A DNA stretch of 64,000 nucleotides from an uncultured Negativicutes bacterium (GCA_963721525.1 CAVRJL010000008.1:19196-83195), one strand, 5' to 3'. Shown: positions 1 to 9,141, counted from the stretch's first letter. The notes: generated by a model not told the origin, from the sequence alone. Program-made: numbers and translations.

Positions 1-170
1 TCTTCGGGAGTTTTCCCTTTACGTTCGGCCTTGGTAAGCTGAATACTATCCCACGGTTTTGAATGATGATGGCAAGAGCACGAGATGCCATGCTCATGGT
101 TTGTTGGCACTAAATCAGTAAATGCTCCAAGTGCCAAAGCGTGCAGTAATAATTTATCCTTAAACATGAT

Positions 171-479
171 TTACTCCTTATCAATCAAACGAGATTTAGA
201 TTTTAGAGATGGCCCTTCATTATAAAAAACAAATAGTATGCTAATGAAGCCATCATGAGAACAGTTCTCTACTATTTGTATCCATTTATAATGATTCTGT
301 TTAGCTGTTTCGACACCTTTTGCTAAAAGTTTAGTAAAAGCTTGATTATAATTTATAGATGAGTAATTGATGGAAATAAGCCAAAGTTTCTCACCCATTT
401 GATGAACTTCATAATTCTCTTCTGAAAAAATGAATGAGCTTATGATTGAAAGAGCAACCACTAATAGTAGCTTTTTCAT
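171..479 (-). CDS. hypothetical small secreted protein
   Basis: ORF with N-terminal signal-peptide-like segment MKKLLLVVALSIISSFIFS. Confidence 0.5.
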   Translation of the reverse strand: MKKLLLVVALSIISSFIFSEENYEVHQMGEKLWLISINYSSINYNQAFTKLLAKGVETAKQNHYKWIQIVENCSHDGFISILFVFYNEGPSLKSKSRLIDKE

Positions 480-931
480 ATCTACTCCTTATTATTTATT
501 TACATTATAAGCGTGAAGGGGCCAATGCTAGAAATCTATTATGAAGTTCAAGGTATGGCCCCTTCAATAACTAACAAAAACCCTCAGAGACGAAAAGTAG
601 ATGGCGTTTCATAGTGGCTCCTGTAAAGGATTATTCTATGTTACTTCTTCACGGTCTCCTCCTTATCTAATGAACTTCTTGGAAACTTCAAACTCACCGA
701 TACCGAGGCTTTTAGCTATAAGTTGTCTTGACTTACCACGGAAGAATACGGTATCCATGTGATTTCTCACTATTTCGGCCCATTCTTCCGTAGTCATTTT
801 CTGGTGATAATCTTCCGATAACCAGTGGTAAGGATTTCGTGGGTCGCCGTCCATTAGCTTGCCTTCCTTGCAGAATTGTTTATTTTATTACATTCCGTGG
901 CTATCATATTACAGATAGCCACGGATGGCAT

Positions 932-1354
932 TCAGGCGGTCTGCTTGACTGCCGTTATGAAGCCGTAGTCGACGGTGATCTCGGGGTCGTAATCGTGAAG
1001 GATTCCGGCGGAAGCGGCGTCCACTTTTACTCCGAAAGCGGTTGCTTTGGTGACCTTACCGAGATAGGTCTTGCCTTTGAGGAGGAAGGACACCATGTCG
1101 CCCTTCTTGACCTTGCCGGTGTAAATAGTGCGGCGCTCGTTCTTGAGTTTCTGCTTGAGAGCATCGGCCTCTTCCTTCTTGAGGACGGTCATGAGCTTCT
1201 TGTCGGCGAGCTTCTTGATATAGGCATCCTTGCGAGCCTGCTTGTCGGCGTTTGCCTTCTTGGCCTTGGCTTCGACCTTGGCCTGTTTGGCGATGAAGTC
1301 GAGCTCCTCGACGCTGTAGCTGGTGAGACTGGCGGTAAAATCCTGCTTGTCCAT
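932..1354 (-). CDS. hypothetical protein: Lys/Ala-rich helical N-terminus plus small beta domain; distant paralogue of 6303..6791
   Basis: 140-aa ORF; same layout as 6303..6791 (S[IV][DE]EL..I.. helix, then GK.. small domain); upstream AAGG-rich leader. Confidence 0.65.
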   Translation of the reverse strand: MDKQDFTASLTSYSVEELDFIAKQAKVEAKAKKANADKQARKDAYIKKLADKKLMTVLKKEEADALKQKLKNERRTIYTGKVKKGDMVSFLLKGKTYLGKVTKATAFGVKVDAASAGILHDYDPEITVDYGFITAVKQTA

Positions 1355-1443
1355 ATCTACCTCCGTAGATGTTTGGTTGGAAGATGCTAATTTTTTTTAC
1401 TTGATGTGGCCCACCATATTTTCAGGTGAGCCACCTGGAACGT

Positions 1444-1653
1444 TCAATACTCTTCTTCTACCAAGTCCCTTACGGGCTCGGCGCGCTTGGTATCGGCGAT
1501 GAGTGAACGAACCTCGTAATCGCGCTGGCTGGTGACGATTTCAATGCCCTTCTTGTCCTTGGACCTGAAGGTAGCCGTGGGAACGAAACCGCCCTCGTAA
1601 CGAGCGATGGTTGCCCTGATTGAGCGCCTCGCATTCTTCATTGCCTGAGCCAT
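1444..1653 (-). CDS. hypothetical small protein
   Basis: 69-aa ORF followed upstream by a consensus sigma70-type promoter (1685..1713). Confidence 0.55.
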   Translation of the reverse strand: MAQAMKNARRSIRATIARYEGGFVPTATFRSKDKKGIEIVTSQRDYEVRSLIADTKRAEPVRDLVEEEY

Positions 1654-1684
1654 AAATACCTTCCTTGTTCTTGGGGGATTACTA

Positions 1685-1713
1685 ATTTTATTACATCGTT
1701 ATAATTTTGTCAA
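1685..1713 (-). promoter_or_regulatory. sigma70-type promoter
   Basis: minus strand TTGACA - 17 nt - TAAAAT. Confidence 0.75.
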
Positions 1714-1725
1714 GAAAATTGTCTA

Positions 1726-1977
1726 TTACTTTCCTTCCATTTCCATAAGGGCACTTTCAGCCAAAAGATTATAGAGAGACTCCGCTTCTGAAAAAGTTAG
1801 AGTTGCTCCTTTGCCCATTTCTGTATGGTCTGTATTCCACTCGCGAATGTCTAATTTTGGTTCTTTGTCATTCCATGACACGAGATTGAGTTCTTTGTTC
1901 CAGCCACCTTTGGTAGTGGAAAGAATACCATAGGTTTTTATTACTTTGCCAGAAAAGTCAAATGTCTTTAGCGTTTG
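1726..1977 (-). pseudogene. YdbC/PC4-like protein, apparently lacking a normal start codon
   Basis: Minus-strand frame reads ..LKTFDFSGKVIKTYGILSTTKGGWNKELNLVSWNDKEPKLDIREWNTDHTEMGKGATLTFSEAESLYNLLAESALMEMEGK*; resembles the YdbC/PC4 family; no ATG/GTG/TTG between the upstream stop and the domain; absent from ORF track. Confidence 0.5.
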
Positions 1978-2403
1978 ACATGAATGGCAAAATTATTTAA
2001 ATTATCTTGCTAAAAGCATATATAATTGTGTAGAACAAAAACCAAGTTCTACAGTGTTCTTTGAAAAAATTAATTTGATGGCTGTACTAAAAAATCTTGT
2101 AAAAGGCCTTTAGCACGTAAGATTAATTAGGTTCAAATTTAGATTCAATTCTATAAGAATTATTCTAAAACTAGGGTCGGGAGGATCCAATGTTAAGCCT
2201 ATGGAGAATTAGATGCACAAGGTCTATTCTATGAAGTAGGAATTTCTAGGAGTGATCCTAGAAGATTAACCGTCTTTAGCGGTTAATAGCTTCACTACTT
2301 TGAACTTGAACTCTGCCATCTTATTCCTCCTTCTTCATAAAGCATATAATCTTGATAATCCCGCCATCGGCCATGATTATTTCTGCATCTCGCGATTAAT
2401 CAT

Positions 2404-3120
2404 TTACTCCTTCCACTCGTAAACAATCTTCGCGTTTTTCCCTGAATGCAATCTCCAGGTCGTACCATCAAACGATGGCACTAATCCACGCTCCCATAGC
2501 TTATTGTTCGCGTTAAAATTATACGCATAGTCTATGTCTACAAAAGTACTGCAATAAGCCCACACGCTGTCCCACACGCTGTCCCCCACGCTGTCCCCCA
2601 CGCTGTCCCACACGCTGTCCCCCACGCTGTCCCCCACGCTGTTCCCCACGCTGTCCCCCACGCTGTCCCCCACGCTGTCCCCCACGCTGTCCCCCACGCT
2701 GTCCCCCACGCTGTCCCACACGCTGTTCCCCACGCTGTTCCTCACGCTGTTCCACACACTGCCCCACTCCTTCAGTAACTTTATATCTTTTGCTGTAGGT
2801 TCTATGATCTTTCTTAATGGATTAATAATCGGCTTTATTATCAATTGCGGCACAATCTGCTTGAAATCCAGCGCATTAACCCATGCCTCGGCCGATTCGT
2901 GATCGTGGCCCTCGACCGGTTCGTCAATTGTAAACGTCTTAGTCAATGGGTTGTATTCATATTTACTCCATCGGTCTTGCATTCTGGGTGGAATCTTGTT
3001 TACTGTTAAAGTAGCAGTATGGCTATCGCAGTTTTCTTTTAGGTGATCTTTGCGATACTCCCAGTCCAAATACTTGTAATTCCCCAATCCATTACCCAAA
3101 AAAGAAAAGAAACTGCACAT
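2404..3120 (-). CDS. hypothetical protein with SVGD/SVWD tetrapeptide repeats
   Basis: 238-aa ORF; central about 16-unit tetrapeptide repeat encoded by 12-bp DNA repeat. Confidence 0.7.
   Translation of the reverse strand: MCSFFSFLGNGLGNYKYLDWEYRKDHLKENCDSHTATLTVNKIPPRMQDRWSKYEYNPLTKTFTIDEPVEGHDHESAEAWVNALDFKQIVPQLIIKPIINPLRKIIEPTAKDIKLLKEWGSVWNSVRNSVGNSVWDSVGDSVGDSVGDSVGDSVGDSVGNSVGDSVGDSVWDSVGDSVGDSVWDSVWAYCSTFVDIDYAYNFNANNKLWERGLVPSFDGTTWRLHSGKNAKIVYEWKE
2560..2762. repeat. 12-bp tandem repeat (CCCACGCTGTCC units)
   Basis: about 16-17 near-identical 12-bp units, in frame with 2404..3120. Confidence 0.95.
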
Positions 3121-3131
3121 CTTATTCCTCC

Positions 3132-3353
3132 TTATGGTTCTATGAAAGTCGAAGTAGCTGTAATAATAGAAATGGATAAATCAATTTTTCTTTTATCGCC
3201 TACTAAACTCTTGTAGAATTGTATAGTTTCCCTAACTTCTTCTACTGTTGGAAATCGATCTGCTTCGAAAATGTCATTAGTATAAAAAACTTCACCAAGG
3301 GGAATAAATCCTCGTATAAACAATTTGTTTTCTCTATCATAAATAATATACAT
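3132..3353 (-). CDS. hypothetical small protein
   Basis: 73-aa ORF with AAGGAGG-like leader. Confidence 0.5.
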   Translation of the reverse strand: MYIIYDRENKLFIRGFIPLGEVFYTNDIFEADRFPTVEEVRETIQFYKSLVGDKRKIDLSISIITATSTFIEP

Positions 3354-3420
3354 TCTAGTCCTCCATAATTGCTATATTTTTACACAGGGTGGGTTATATA
3401 AGAAATAACCCACCCTATAA

Positions 3421-3723
3421 TCAGCTCTCGTCTACCCAGGTATAGGTGGACGGCCAGTAGTGGGACTTGTTGTCGTTATCGACAAAGTAGATGGAGCTTC
3501 CCTTGTCCTCGTCAATAGCGCCGGTGGTAGTGATGGACCTCTTGATGAACGCTCCCGGCTTCTCGATGTCAGGGATGAAGGTAGTAATAGTCCTGTTGAG
3601 GCCGACGAGACCGGATTTGAGATGCTTGATGTTGTTGGAGCAGGAGTTGCAGGACGTGGTGGCGAAAGATAAGGATATGACGGCGATAAGAACGAGAGAG
3701 ATTAGCAGAATCTTCTTCATCAA
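3421..3723 (-). CDS. hypothetical small secreted protein
   Basis: signal-like N-terminus MMKKILLISLVLIAVISLSFA; AGGAGG ribosome-binding site. Confidence 0.6.
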   Translation of the reverse strand: MMKKILLISLVLIAVISLSFATTSCNSCSNNIKHLKSGLVGLNRTITTFIPDIEKPGAFIKRSITTTGAIDEDKGSSIYFVDNDNKSHYWPSTYTWVDES

Positions 3724-4030
3724 AACCTCCTAAAAAGATTGTTTATGCTTTTACATAATATGTAATCACTCTATATCTACGGGATATATTATATATGAAA
3801 TACAGAGAAGGTCGCCTGAATTAATAGAACCGTTCCTTCCTATCTTCCAGTTTATTTGCTTTTTGCCATATTCTTCTTGAGCGAACTCTTTGGCTTTTTC
3901 TATTGATAGAAATGGCTTTTCGTAATTTATTTCTGTATGTTCGGTTCCCATCGGCCCACCCAATCCGCTTAAATCAAGAGAGCGTAACATGTGTGCTGTC
4001 ATTTGGTTTCCTCCACTATATTTTTACTTG

Positions 4031-4056
4031 GGATAGCCCATTTAGGGCTACCCCAT
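4031..4056 (-). terminator. hairpin GGGGTAGCCC-TAAAT-GGGCTATCCC
   Basis: inverted repeat directly downstream of 4062..4241. Confidence 0.5.
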
Positions 4057-4061
4057 AGTTA

Positions 4062-4241
4062 TTACTCCTCGATGACGAGGTTACCGGTCTTGAAGACCTC
4101 GGAGCTGAGGAAGGCGAGACGGGAGAAGAAAGCCTCGATTTCGCCGGGGCTCTTGTAACCATTACCGTTCAGAACGATTTCCTTGCTCTGTTTGAGCTCG
4201 TAAGAGTAGGTTCCGTAGTCGTCCTTGAAAATCCGTAGCAT
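4062..4241 (-). CDS. hypothetical protein (59 aa), missing from ORF track
   Basis: MLRIFKDDYGTYSYELKQSKEIVLNGNGYKSPGEIEAFFSRLAFLSSEVFKTGNLVIEE; GC-ending codons, followed by a hairpin. Confidence 0.65.
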   Translation of the reverse strand: MLRIFKDDYGTYSYELKQSKEIVLNGNGYKSPGEIEAFFSRLAFLSSEVFKTGNLVIEE

Positions 4242-4293
4242 GGTTTGCTCCTTGATTGAAGAGATTATATTTTTACATTTCTATAGAAATATA

Positions 4294-4842
4294 TCAAGGT
4301 TTTTGAGCAGGATTTTTTGTAAATATATAATTTTCCATAGAATTGGATGATTTCAAGTCTTTGGTTCCAAAATTAGTAACGCAACTCATAATCTCATAAT
4401 AGCTAAAAGTGTTTTCTGTTGAAAGAAGAGTTCCATCACCGATTGTATAATATATACCACAAATCTGCGGTTCAAGATAATGTCCATGATATAATACTAT
4501 AGCATGTTTTTTACCCGAGCTACAGAAACTAGTATTGCAGATTATAAAAGAAGCATCAGGACCAAGATGATATATCAAGTCAACAGCAAATCCGACACAT
4601 TCTCCACCACCAGCATTTTCAAATTGATCGGGAGATTGCCAATAATCAACTATTAAATATTTGTGATTCGGCATGGCTACCGTTTTCCAAGCAGGCATCA
4701 GCTCCTCGTGATTGATCGTATATCCCTTAGTGTTGAGCACAAATGGGTTGGAACATGAACTAAAGCAAATCATGAAAAAGAAAATGACGAAAAGAATAAT
4801 AAAAGAAGCAATTAATACTTTGAGATAATCTGTAATTTTCAT
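4294..4842 (-). CDS. hypothetical membrane-anchored/lipoprotein-like protein
   Basis: hydrophobic N-terminus ending ..FSSCSN; GGGECVGFAVD and KHAIVLYHG motifs. Confidence 0.5.
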   Translation of the reverse strand: MKITDYLKVLIASFIILFVIFFFMICFSSCSNPFVLNTKGYTINHEELMPAWKTVAMPNHKYLIVDYWQSPDQFENAGGGECVGFAVDLIYHLGPDASFIICNTSFCSSGKKHAIVLYHGHYLEPQICGIYYTIGDGTLLSTENTFSYYEIMSCVTNFGTKDLKSSNSMENYIFTKNPAQKP

Positions 4843-4852
4843 TGCTTATTCC

Positions 4853-5098
4853 TTACCAAACTTTGTTTGGGTCATTAAGAATAGCATCAGCTATCTTTGA
4901 TAAGTCATCGGTATCGATAAGATGATAGGGCACATTAAGAACGCCGGTATATCCTTCGATAGCACTTATCATTTTTTCCCTTTTGTTATACTCTTCTTTT
5001 GTTCGTTCGGCCATAATTTCCTCCGATAGATAAGTATAGCAAAAAACAATAAAATTGTCAATAAAAAAAGGGTCGCAGCCGACAGACCAATGGTTCAC
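4853..5098 (-). CDS. hypothetical protein
   Basis: ORF; likely true start at the internal Met (MAERTKEEYNKREK). Confidence 0.4.
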   Translation of the reverse strand: MNHWSVGCDPFFIDNFIVFCYTYLSEEIMAERTKEEYNKREKMISAIEGYTGVLNVPYHLIDTDDLSKIADAILNDPNKVW

Positions 5099-5232
5099 AT
5101 TGTTAGCTTTCGGTCGCAGCCCATATTTACAATAAAAAAAAGGTTCTCAAAAGGCAAGTTTTCGCCTCATCGGCTTTCATCTTGGACCCTTTAAGAATCT
5201 ATTATTCTTTATCTTTACTGATATCATTTTAT

Positions 5233-5457
5233 TTACAACGAATAATGTCTATCTCTATTTTGTTTATTTATTAATCTACTAAACAACTTTTTGGGCATAA
5301 ACATTTTAGCAACTTCACGTAATTCAATATATTGTTCTTCTATTCTTGAATAATTAGTTTCTTCATCTCTATTTTCAATATAATCAAAAGAATTTTTAAT
5401 TCCTTGTTTATAAACCCTTTCATTTTCTTTATCAATATCTTCGTCTAATAGGTTCAT
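5233..5457 (-). CDS. hypothetical protein
   Basis: 74-aa ORF with AAGGAGAAATAAAC leader. Confidence 0.5.
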   Translation of the reverse strand: MNLLDEDIDKENERVYKQGIKNSFDYIENRDEETNYSRIEEQYIELREVAKMFMPKKLFSRLINKQNRDRHYSL

Positions 5458-5472
5458 GTTTATTTCTCCTTG

Positions 5473-5900
5473 ATCATCCTATTGACATGCTCCTTTTATT
5501 CAAAAGAAAGCCAACTAATCTTGGCAGGATACTAACGGTGTTGCCGACCCGCTTTCTGGCTACGGGCTCCGCTGTCTTTCGACTAAAGAAAAGCGGGGAA
5601 GCTCAATGCTCTCTGCGGACGGTCTTTTACCGAACCCCACTATCGCCTTATCAGCATTAGGAGGGCCCTCCCTTTGCTTTCGGCTATTGGCATTATTAGA
5701 GCCCGAAGGCTCAGGGATTCACCAAACGAAACCCCAACTGGTCTTTTGTCTTCGCTTACGCTAAACAAGGCTCCAATCTGTGCACTACCGATTTACTTAA
5801 TCTCTCTTGTGGAAAGAAACCCCCATCGGCAGGGTTGAAGGTTGAAGTACTCTGGGGAATTTGTCGAATAATGCTAGGCATCATCCTATTGACATGCTCC
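5473..5900. other. structured non-coding segment flanked by 21-bp direct repeats
   Basis: identical ATCATCCTATTGACATGCTCC at 5473-5493 and 5880-5900; about 386 bp between them is GC-richer and rich in hairpins (GAGCCTTCGGGCTC, GTCGAAAGAC, CGGTAAAAGACCG, GGAGGGCCCTCC). Confidence 0.6.
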
Positions 5901-5923
5901 ATTGTTCTCTCCCTTACATAATA

Positions 5924-5952
5924 ATTGTAATAAATTTGTAATTTTTTGTCAA
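5924..5952 (-). promoter_or_regulatory. sigma70-type promoter
   Basis: minus strand TTGACA - 17 nt - TACAAT, reading into the structured segment. Confidence 0.75.
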
Positions 5953-6122
5953 GAAATATTTTTTATTTTTATGTATTTTGACGCAAAATTAAAAATTGCG
6001 GCAAATGCATTTTTTACTATTCATGTTAGTAGTTCAATACAAAGCAATCTTATCAGCTCAATGTCCGTCATTCCATAATTACTATATAATGATTTCCATA
6101 TATAATAAAATAATTTGGGTAT

Positions 6123-6160
6123 AAAAAAAAAGACCCTAGCCGAGAGTGGCTAAGGTCTTG
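6123..6160 (-). terminator. rho-independent terminator of 6303..6791
   Basis: minus strand AGACCTTAGCCACTCTCGGCTAGGGTCTTTTTTTT. Confidence 0.85.
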
Positions 6161-6302
6161 CTATCGGCTGGCTTCCAGCTTAATTCGTGGTATGTAGTAA
6201 CCGGCACGAATAGATAACAGTAGCAAGGGAAGGAAGGACTAACCTTTTAGCCAAGGTATGATAACCGGCTTGGCGCTTCCTTTGCTACGTTGAATCGGTC
6301 GG

Positions 6303-6791
6303 TTAGACCGCGGAGGCGAGATCGGCGACGGCTTCGAGAGCGGCGATGCCCTCATTGGAAGCCTTGCCCTCGGAGGTGGCGCCCTTCTTGATCAGGTTGG
6401 CCTTCGGAGCCTCGACTATGGCCTCGACGCCGGCGCCAACCGGAGTCAAGCCGGTTATCTTGTCGAAATGGATGTACCGGACCTTGCGGGGCGTGTCCAC
6501 GTCGGCGCCCATATCGACCGCTACGGTCTTGTCGCTGATCTTGCCGGCGAGCTTCGTCCAGGTCTTGCCGTTCATCGTGAACGTGATGCTCGCCTTGCCC
6601 TCGACGAGGACCTTAGCGGCGATCGCGGCCTTGACCATTTGCTCGGCGGTCTGCTTGACCTCGGCCTTCTTTTCGGCCTCGATGACCTTGACCTCTTCCT
6701 TCTTGCTCTTGAGGAGCTCGGTCGTCCTTTCCTTGATAGCCTTGAGCTCGTCGATGGAAAGCGTATCCAGAATGCTCATGTCGAAAGCCAT
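6303..6791 (-). CDS. hypothetical protein, paralogue-like to 932..1354
   Basis: 162-aa ORF with own terminator and upstream tandem promoters. Confidence 0.7.
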   Translation of the reverse strand: MAFDMSILDTLSIDELKAIKERTTELLKSKKEEVKVIEAEKKAEVKQTAEQMVKAAIAAKVLVEGKASITFTMNGKTWTKLAGKISDKTVAVDMGADVDTPRKVRYIHFDKITGLTPVGAGVEAIVEAPKANLIKKGATSEGKASNEGIAALEAVADLASAV

Positions 6792-6849
6792 GTTTGGCCT
6801 CCTATGAAAAAATGTAGGGAAGTCCTAAGCCTCCCGTGTTATCGAAAGA

Positions 6850-6878
6850 ACTATAAAATTATTTTTTTACATTGTCAA
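6850..6878 (-). promoter_or_regulatory. sigma70-type promoter
   Basis: TTGACA-17-TATAGT. Confidence 0.7.
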
Positions 6879-6923
6879 GAGCATTTTCCTATTCTCTATA
6901 AATACTTTTTTCTTCCCAACAAC

Positions 6924-6952
6924 ACAATACTATACTCATATAAAATTGTCAA
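6924..6952 (-). promoter_or_regulatory. sigma70-type promoter
   Basis: TTGACA-17-TATTGT. Confidence 0.7.
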
Positions 6953-7025
6953 GTAACTTTATTACTTTTATTTATAGAAGGATTTTATTTTATCCTTCTA
7001 TATTTTTTCTTTTCCTTACACTTTG

Positions 7026-7054
7026 ATTTTATATCAAATAAAAAACATTGTCAA
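7026..7054 (-). promoter_or_regulatory. sigma70-type promoter
   Basis: TTGACA-17-TAAAAT. Confidence 0.7.
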
Positions 7055-7084
7055 ATGCCCTTCCTATAAGCCTTTGAAACGTCC

Positions 7085-7113
7085 GTTATATCATAAGTTT
7101 TTCATTTTGTCAA
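7085..7113 (-). promoter_or_regulatory. sigma70-type promoter
   Basis: TTGACA-17-TATAAC. Confidence 0.7.
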
Positions 7114-7421
7114 GTATTCTATTTTTACATTGTAAGCCTTTATTTATTGATTTTCCAGTAAACATAACAAAAAGCCTATATATATAATAAATGTCAAGCG
7201 TTTATTTACTATTGAATACACCCCATATATATCGCATATAGCCCTATATAGCTAGGCATTTTGGAATATAGGAAAAACTACCCTAACATAGCAAGCCCAA
7301 TAAATAGAGCATAAAAAAAATAAAAAGGGCATATTCCTAATAAATGGACTTATAATGCATAATTGAATGTCTGTCATTTCATAATTATATCAAAAGTAAA
7401 GGTAAACGGGAAGGTAGTAGA

Positions 7422-7736
7422 ATGACATACCGTGAAACATTGATGTTAAATTTAACAGGCAAATTACCCCCTAAACCAGCAAAGTCAATAAAAAAGGATA
7501 TTATAGCTGAGGAAGTTAGTCAAGGACTTGAGTGGCAAATGGCTGAGGGATTTAAAATTGAACACGAACACCAACCTACTTATAACTTTATAGTAAAATA
7601 CCTTGAAGAAAATAAGAAACTGCCACCTGCGGATGAATTATTTAAGCATATAGCAGAAGACCATTTGAATGATGATAAGCAATATTATACCCACCTTGTA
7701 GCTATGTTAAAAAAAAGTGGAGAAACTGATTACTAA
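7422..7736 (+). CDS. hypothetical protein
   Basis: 104-aa ORF, overlaps next gene start. Confidence 0.6.
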   Translation: MTYRETLMLNLTGKLPPKPAKSIKKDIIAEEVSQGLEWQMAEGFKIEHEHQPTYNFIVKYLEENKKLPPADELFKHIAEDHLNDDKQYYTHLVAMLKKSGETDY

Positions 7737-8371
7737 TGAATATGATTAATATACTGGAAGAACTTCACAATAGTTCTAAACTAGACAAAATAGCAGAACA
7801 TATTTATTTACGGCATTTTGTAACAGAAATAATGAATTTTCCTATAAATAAATATTTTGAAGACGAAGGATATAATTTATATGATTGGTATGTATTTTGT
7901 GAATTTGATAAAACAAAAAGTTCATATATAGATATATCTTATAGTAGACATAGATTGAAGATTTATATTGATTCAAAAGATAGAAACTATGATGATGTAT
8001 TGCAAAGCATAAAACATGAAGTAATACATATTTTAGATTTTTTGAAGTCAATAGAAAAAAATAAAGGAATATTATTAGATAAAAAGTTTAGAAAGGGTTA
8101 TAATGATAACTCTTTGTCATATTATAACTATTCACAGGAATTCAATCAACTTATTCATTATTTAGATAAGCTTTCAAAGAAAATTAAATTCAATAATTAT
8201 CAAGATTTAATAGAATATCTACGTGGAGAAGAAAGTCTTTATATAGACAAAGAAGCAACAAAAGACCCAAGTTTCAAAAAAAGATTGTTATCTCGTATAG
8301 CTCGCGAAAATATAAATATAATAAAAAAGCCCACCCCTTCAGGTGAGCTTCCAAATAAAACTCGAAAATGA
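7736..8371 (+). CDS. HExxH-containing putative metalloprotease-fold protein
   Basis: SIKHEVIHILDFLKS; C-terminus DPSFKKRLLSRIAREN shared with 32939..33673. Confidence 0.6.
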   Translation: MNMINILEELHNSSKLDKIAEHIYLRHFVTEIMNFPINKYFEDEGYNLYDWYVFCEFDKTKSSYIDISYSRHRLKIYIDSKDRNYDDVLQSIKHEVIHILDFLKSIEKNKGILLDKKFRKGYNDNSLSYYNYSQEFNQLIHYLDKLSKKIKFNNYQDLIEYLRGEESLYIDKEATKDPSFKKRLLSRIARENINIIKKPTPSGELPNKTRK

Positions 8372-8523
8372 TTAATTAAAAATCGTCATCGTCTTCATAA
8401 TCGTCATCGTCATCATCTTCGTAATCATCTGGCTCGCCATATTCACCAGCATCAGCTCCATCAGTGTCTTCGTCAGAATAATCTTCATAGTCGCTTTCGG
8501 CTACACCGTCAAAGTCTTCGTCT

Positions 8524-9141
8524 CTACTCATTTGGTTGCACTCCTATTGTTTTATTAGGCCAAGGGATATTAGATGAACCACCTACACGTATCTCTCGCC
8601 ATTTAGTATATTTATCTTGTTGTAAATCAAAAAACACATAATAGCCATTTAAAGATAATAGAACTTGATTGCTTTTATTAGCCTCTACTATTTTAAATAC
8701 TTCTTTCCCAACCTCTACTACGTGACGATAACTCTTGCCATTATCTTCAAGATATCTTGTATATAATCGTCTTATTTCTTTTTCAGCAATTGAAGATAAT
8801 GGCTTCTTTGATTTAACTCTTCCTGCTTCATAAGCAACTGCTGGAACTTTATCTAATTCAAAACCATCATATGAAGCTAACATTCCTCCGTTTTGCTCCA
8901 TAAATATTTTCCAGGTGGTGCCGGATTCTTTTCTTTCCCATCTCGTTATTATAACAATATATGTCTCTTCACCACAATAAAACGACTTTTCATTTATTTT
9001 ATAAATGAAAAACGACCTTCCATTTTTAGAGACTTTAGCCCCTAATCTGGCATTGTCTCTACTAAGTATTGGCAACAGCTCTACTCCCAGGAACAAGCGA
9101 TAAGGCATTTGAATATATGAAAGAATAAATACCACAATCAA
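8524..9141 (-). CDS. hypothetical protein
   Basis: 205-aa ORF; true start possibly internal. Confidence 0.5.
   Translation of the reverse strand: MIVVFILSYIQMPYRLFLGVELLPILSRDNARLGAKVSKNGRSFFIYKINEKSFYCGEETYIVIITRWERKESGTTWKIFMEQNGGMLASYDGFELDKVPAVAYEAGRVKSKKPLSSIAEKEIRRLYTRYLEDNGKSYRHVVEVGKEVFKIVEANKSNQVLLSLNGYYVFFDLQQDKYTKWREIRVGGSSNIPWPNKTIGVQPNE

Noticed and set aside
839-1390. 183-aa plus-strand ORF
   Set aside because: Antisense shadow of 932..1354, whose minus-strand frame gives a normal soluble protein with paralogue support.
2519-2767. minus-strand ORF full of GGQRGGQR
   Set aside because: Alternative frame of the same 12-bp repeat within 2404..3120; no separate start context.
2519-2767. 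possible CRISPR array
   Set aside because: Units are contiguous 12-bp coding repeats without spacers; no cas-like gene in the window.
5473-5900. group I intron or tmRNA
   Set aside because: I could not find group I P/Q/R/S core elements or a tmRNA acceptor and tag ORF by eye; kept as an unclassified structured segment.
6346-6956. plus-strand ORFs 6346..6807 and 6468..6956
   Set aside because: Antisense to 6303..6791, which has its own promoters and terminator; composition is typical of mirror ORFs.
7192-7197. further TTGACA box
   Set aside because: No acceptable -10 at 16-18 nt; nearest TATATA is at about 11 nt.
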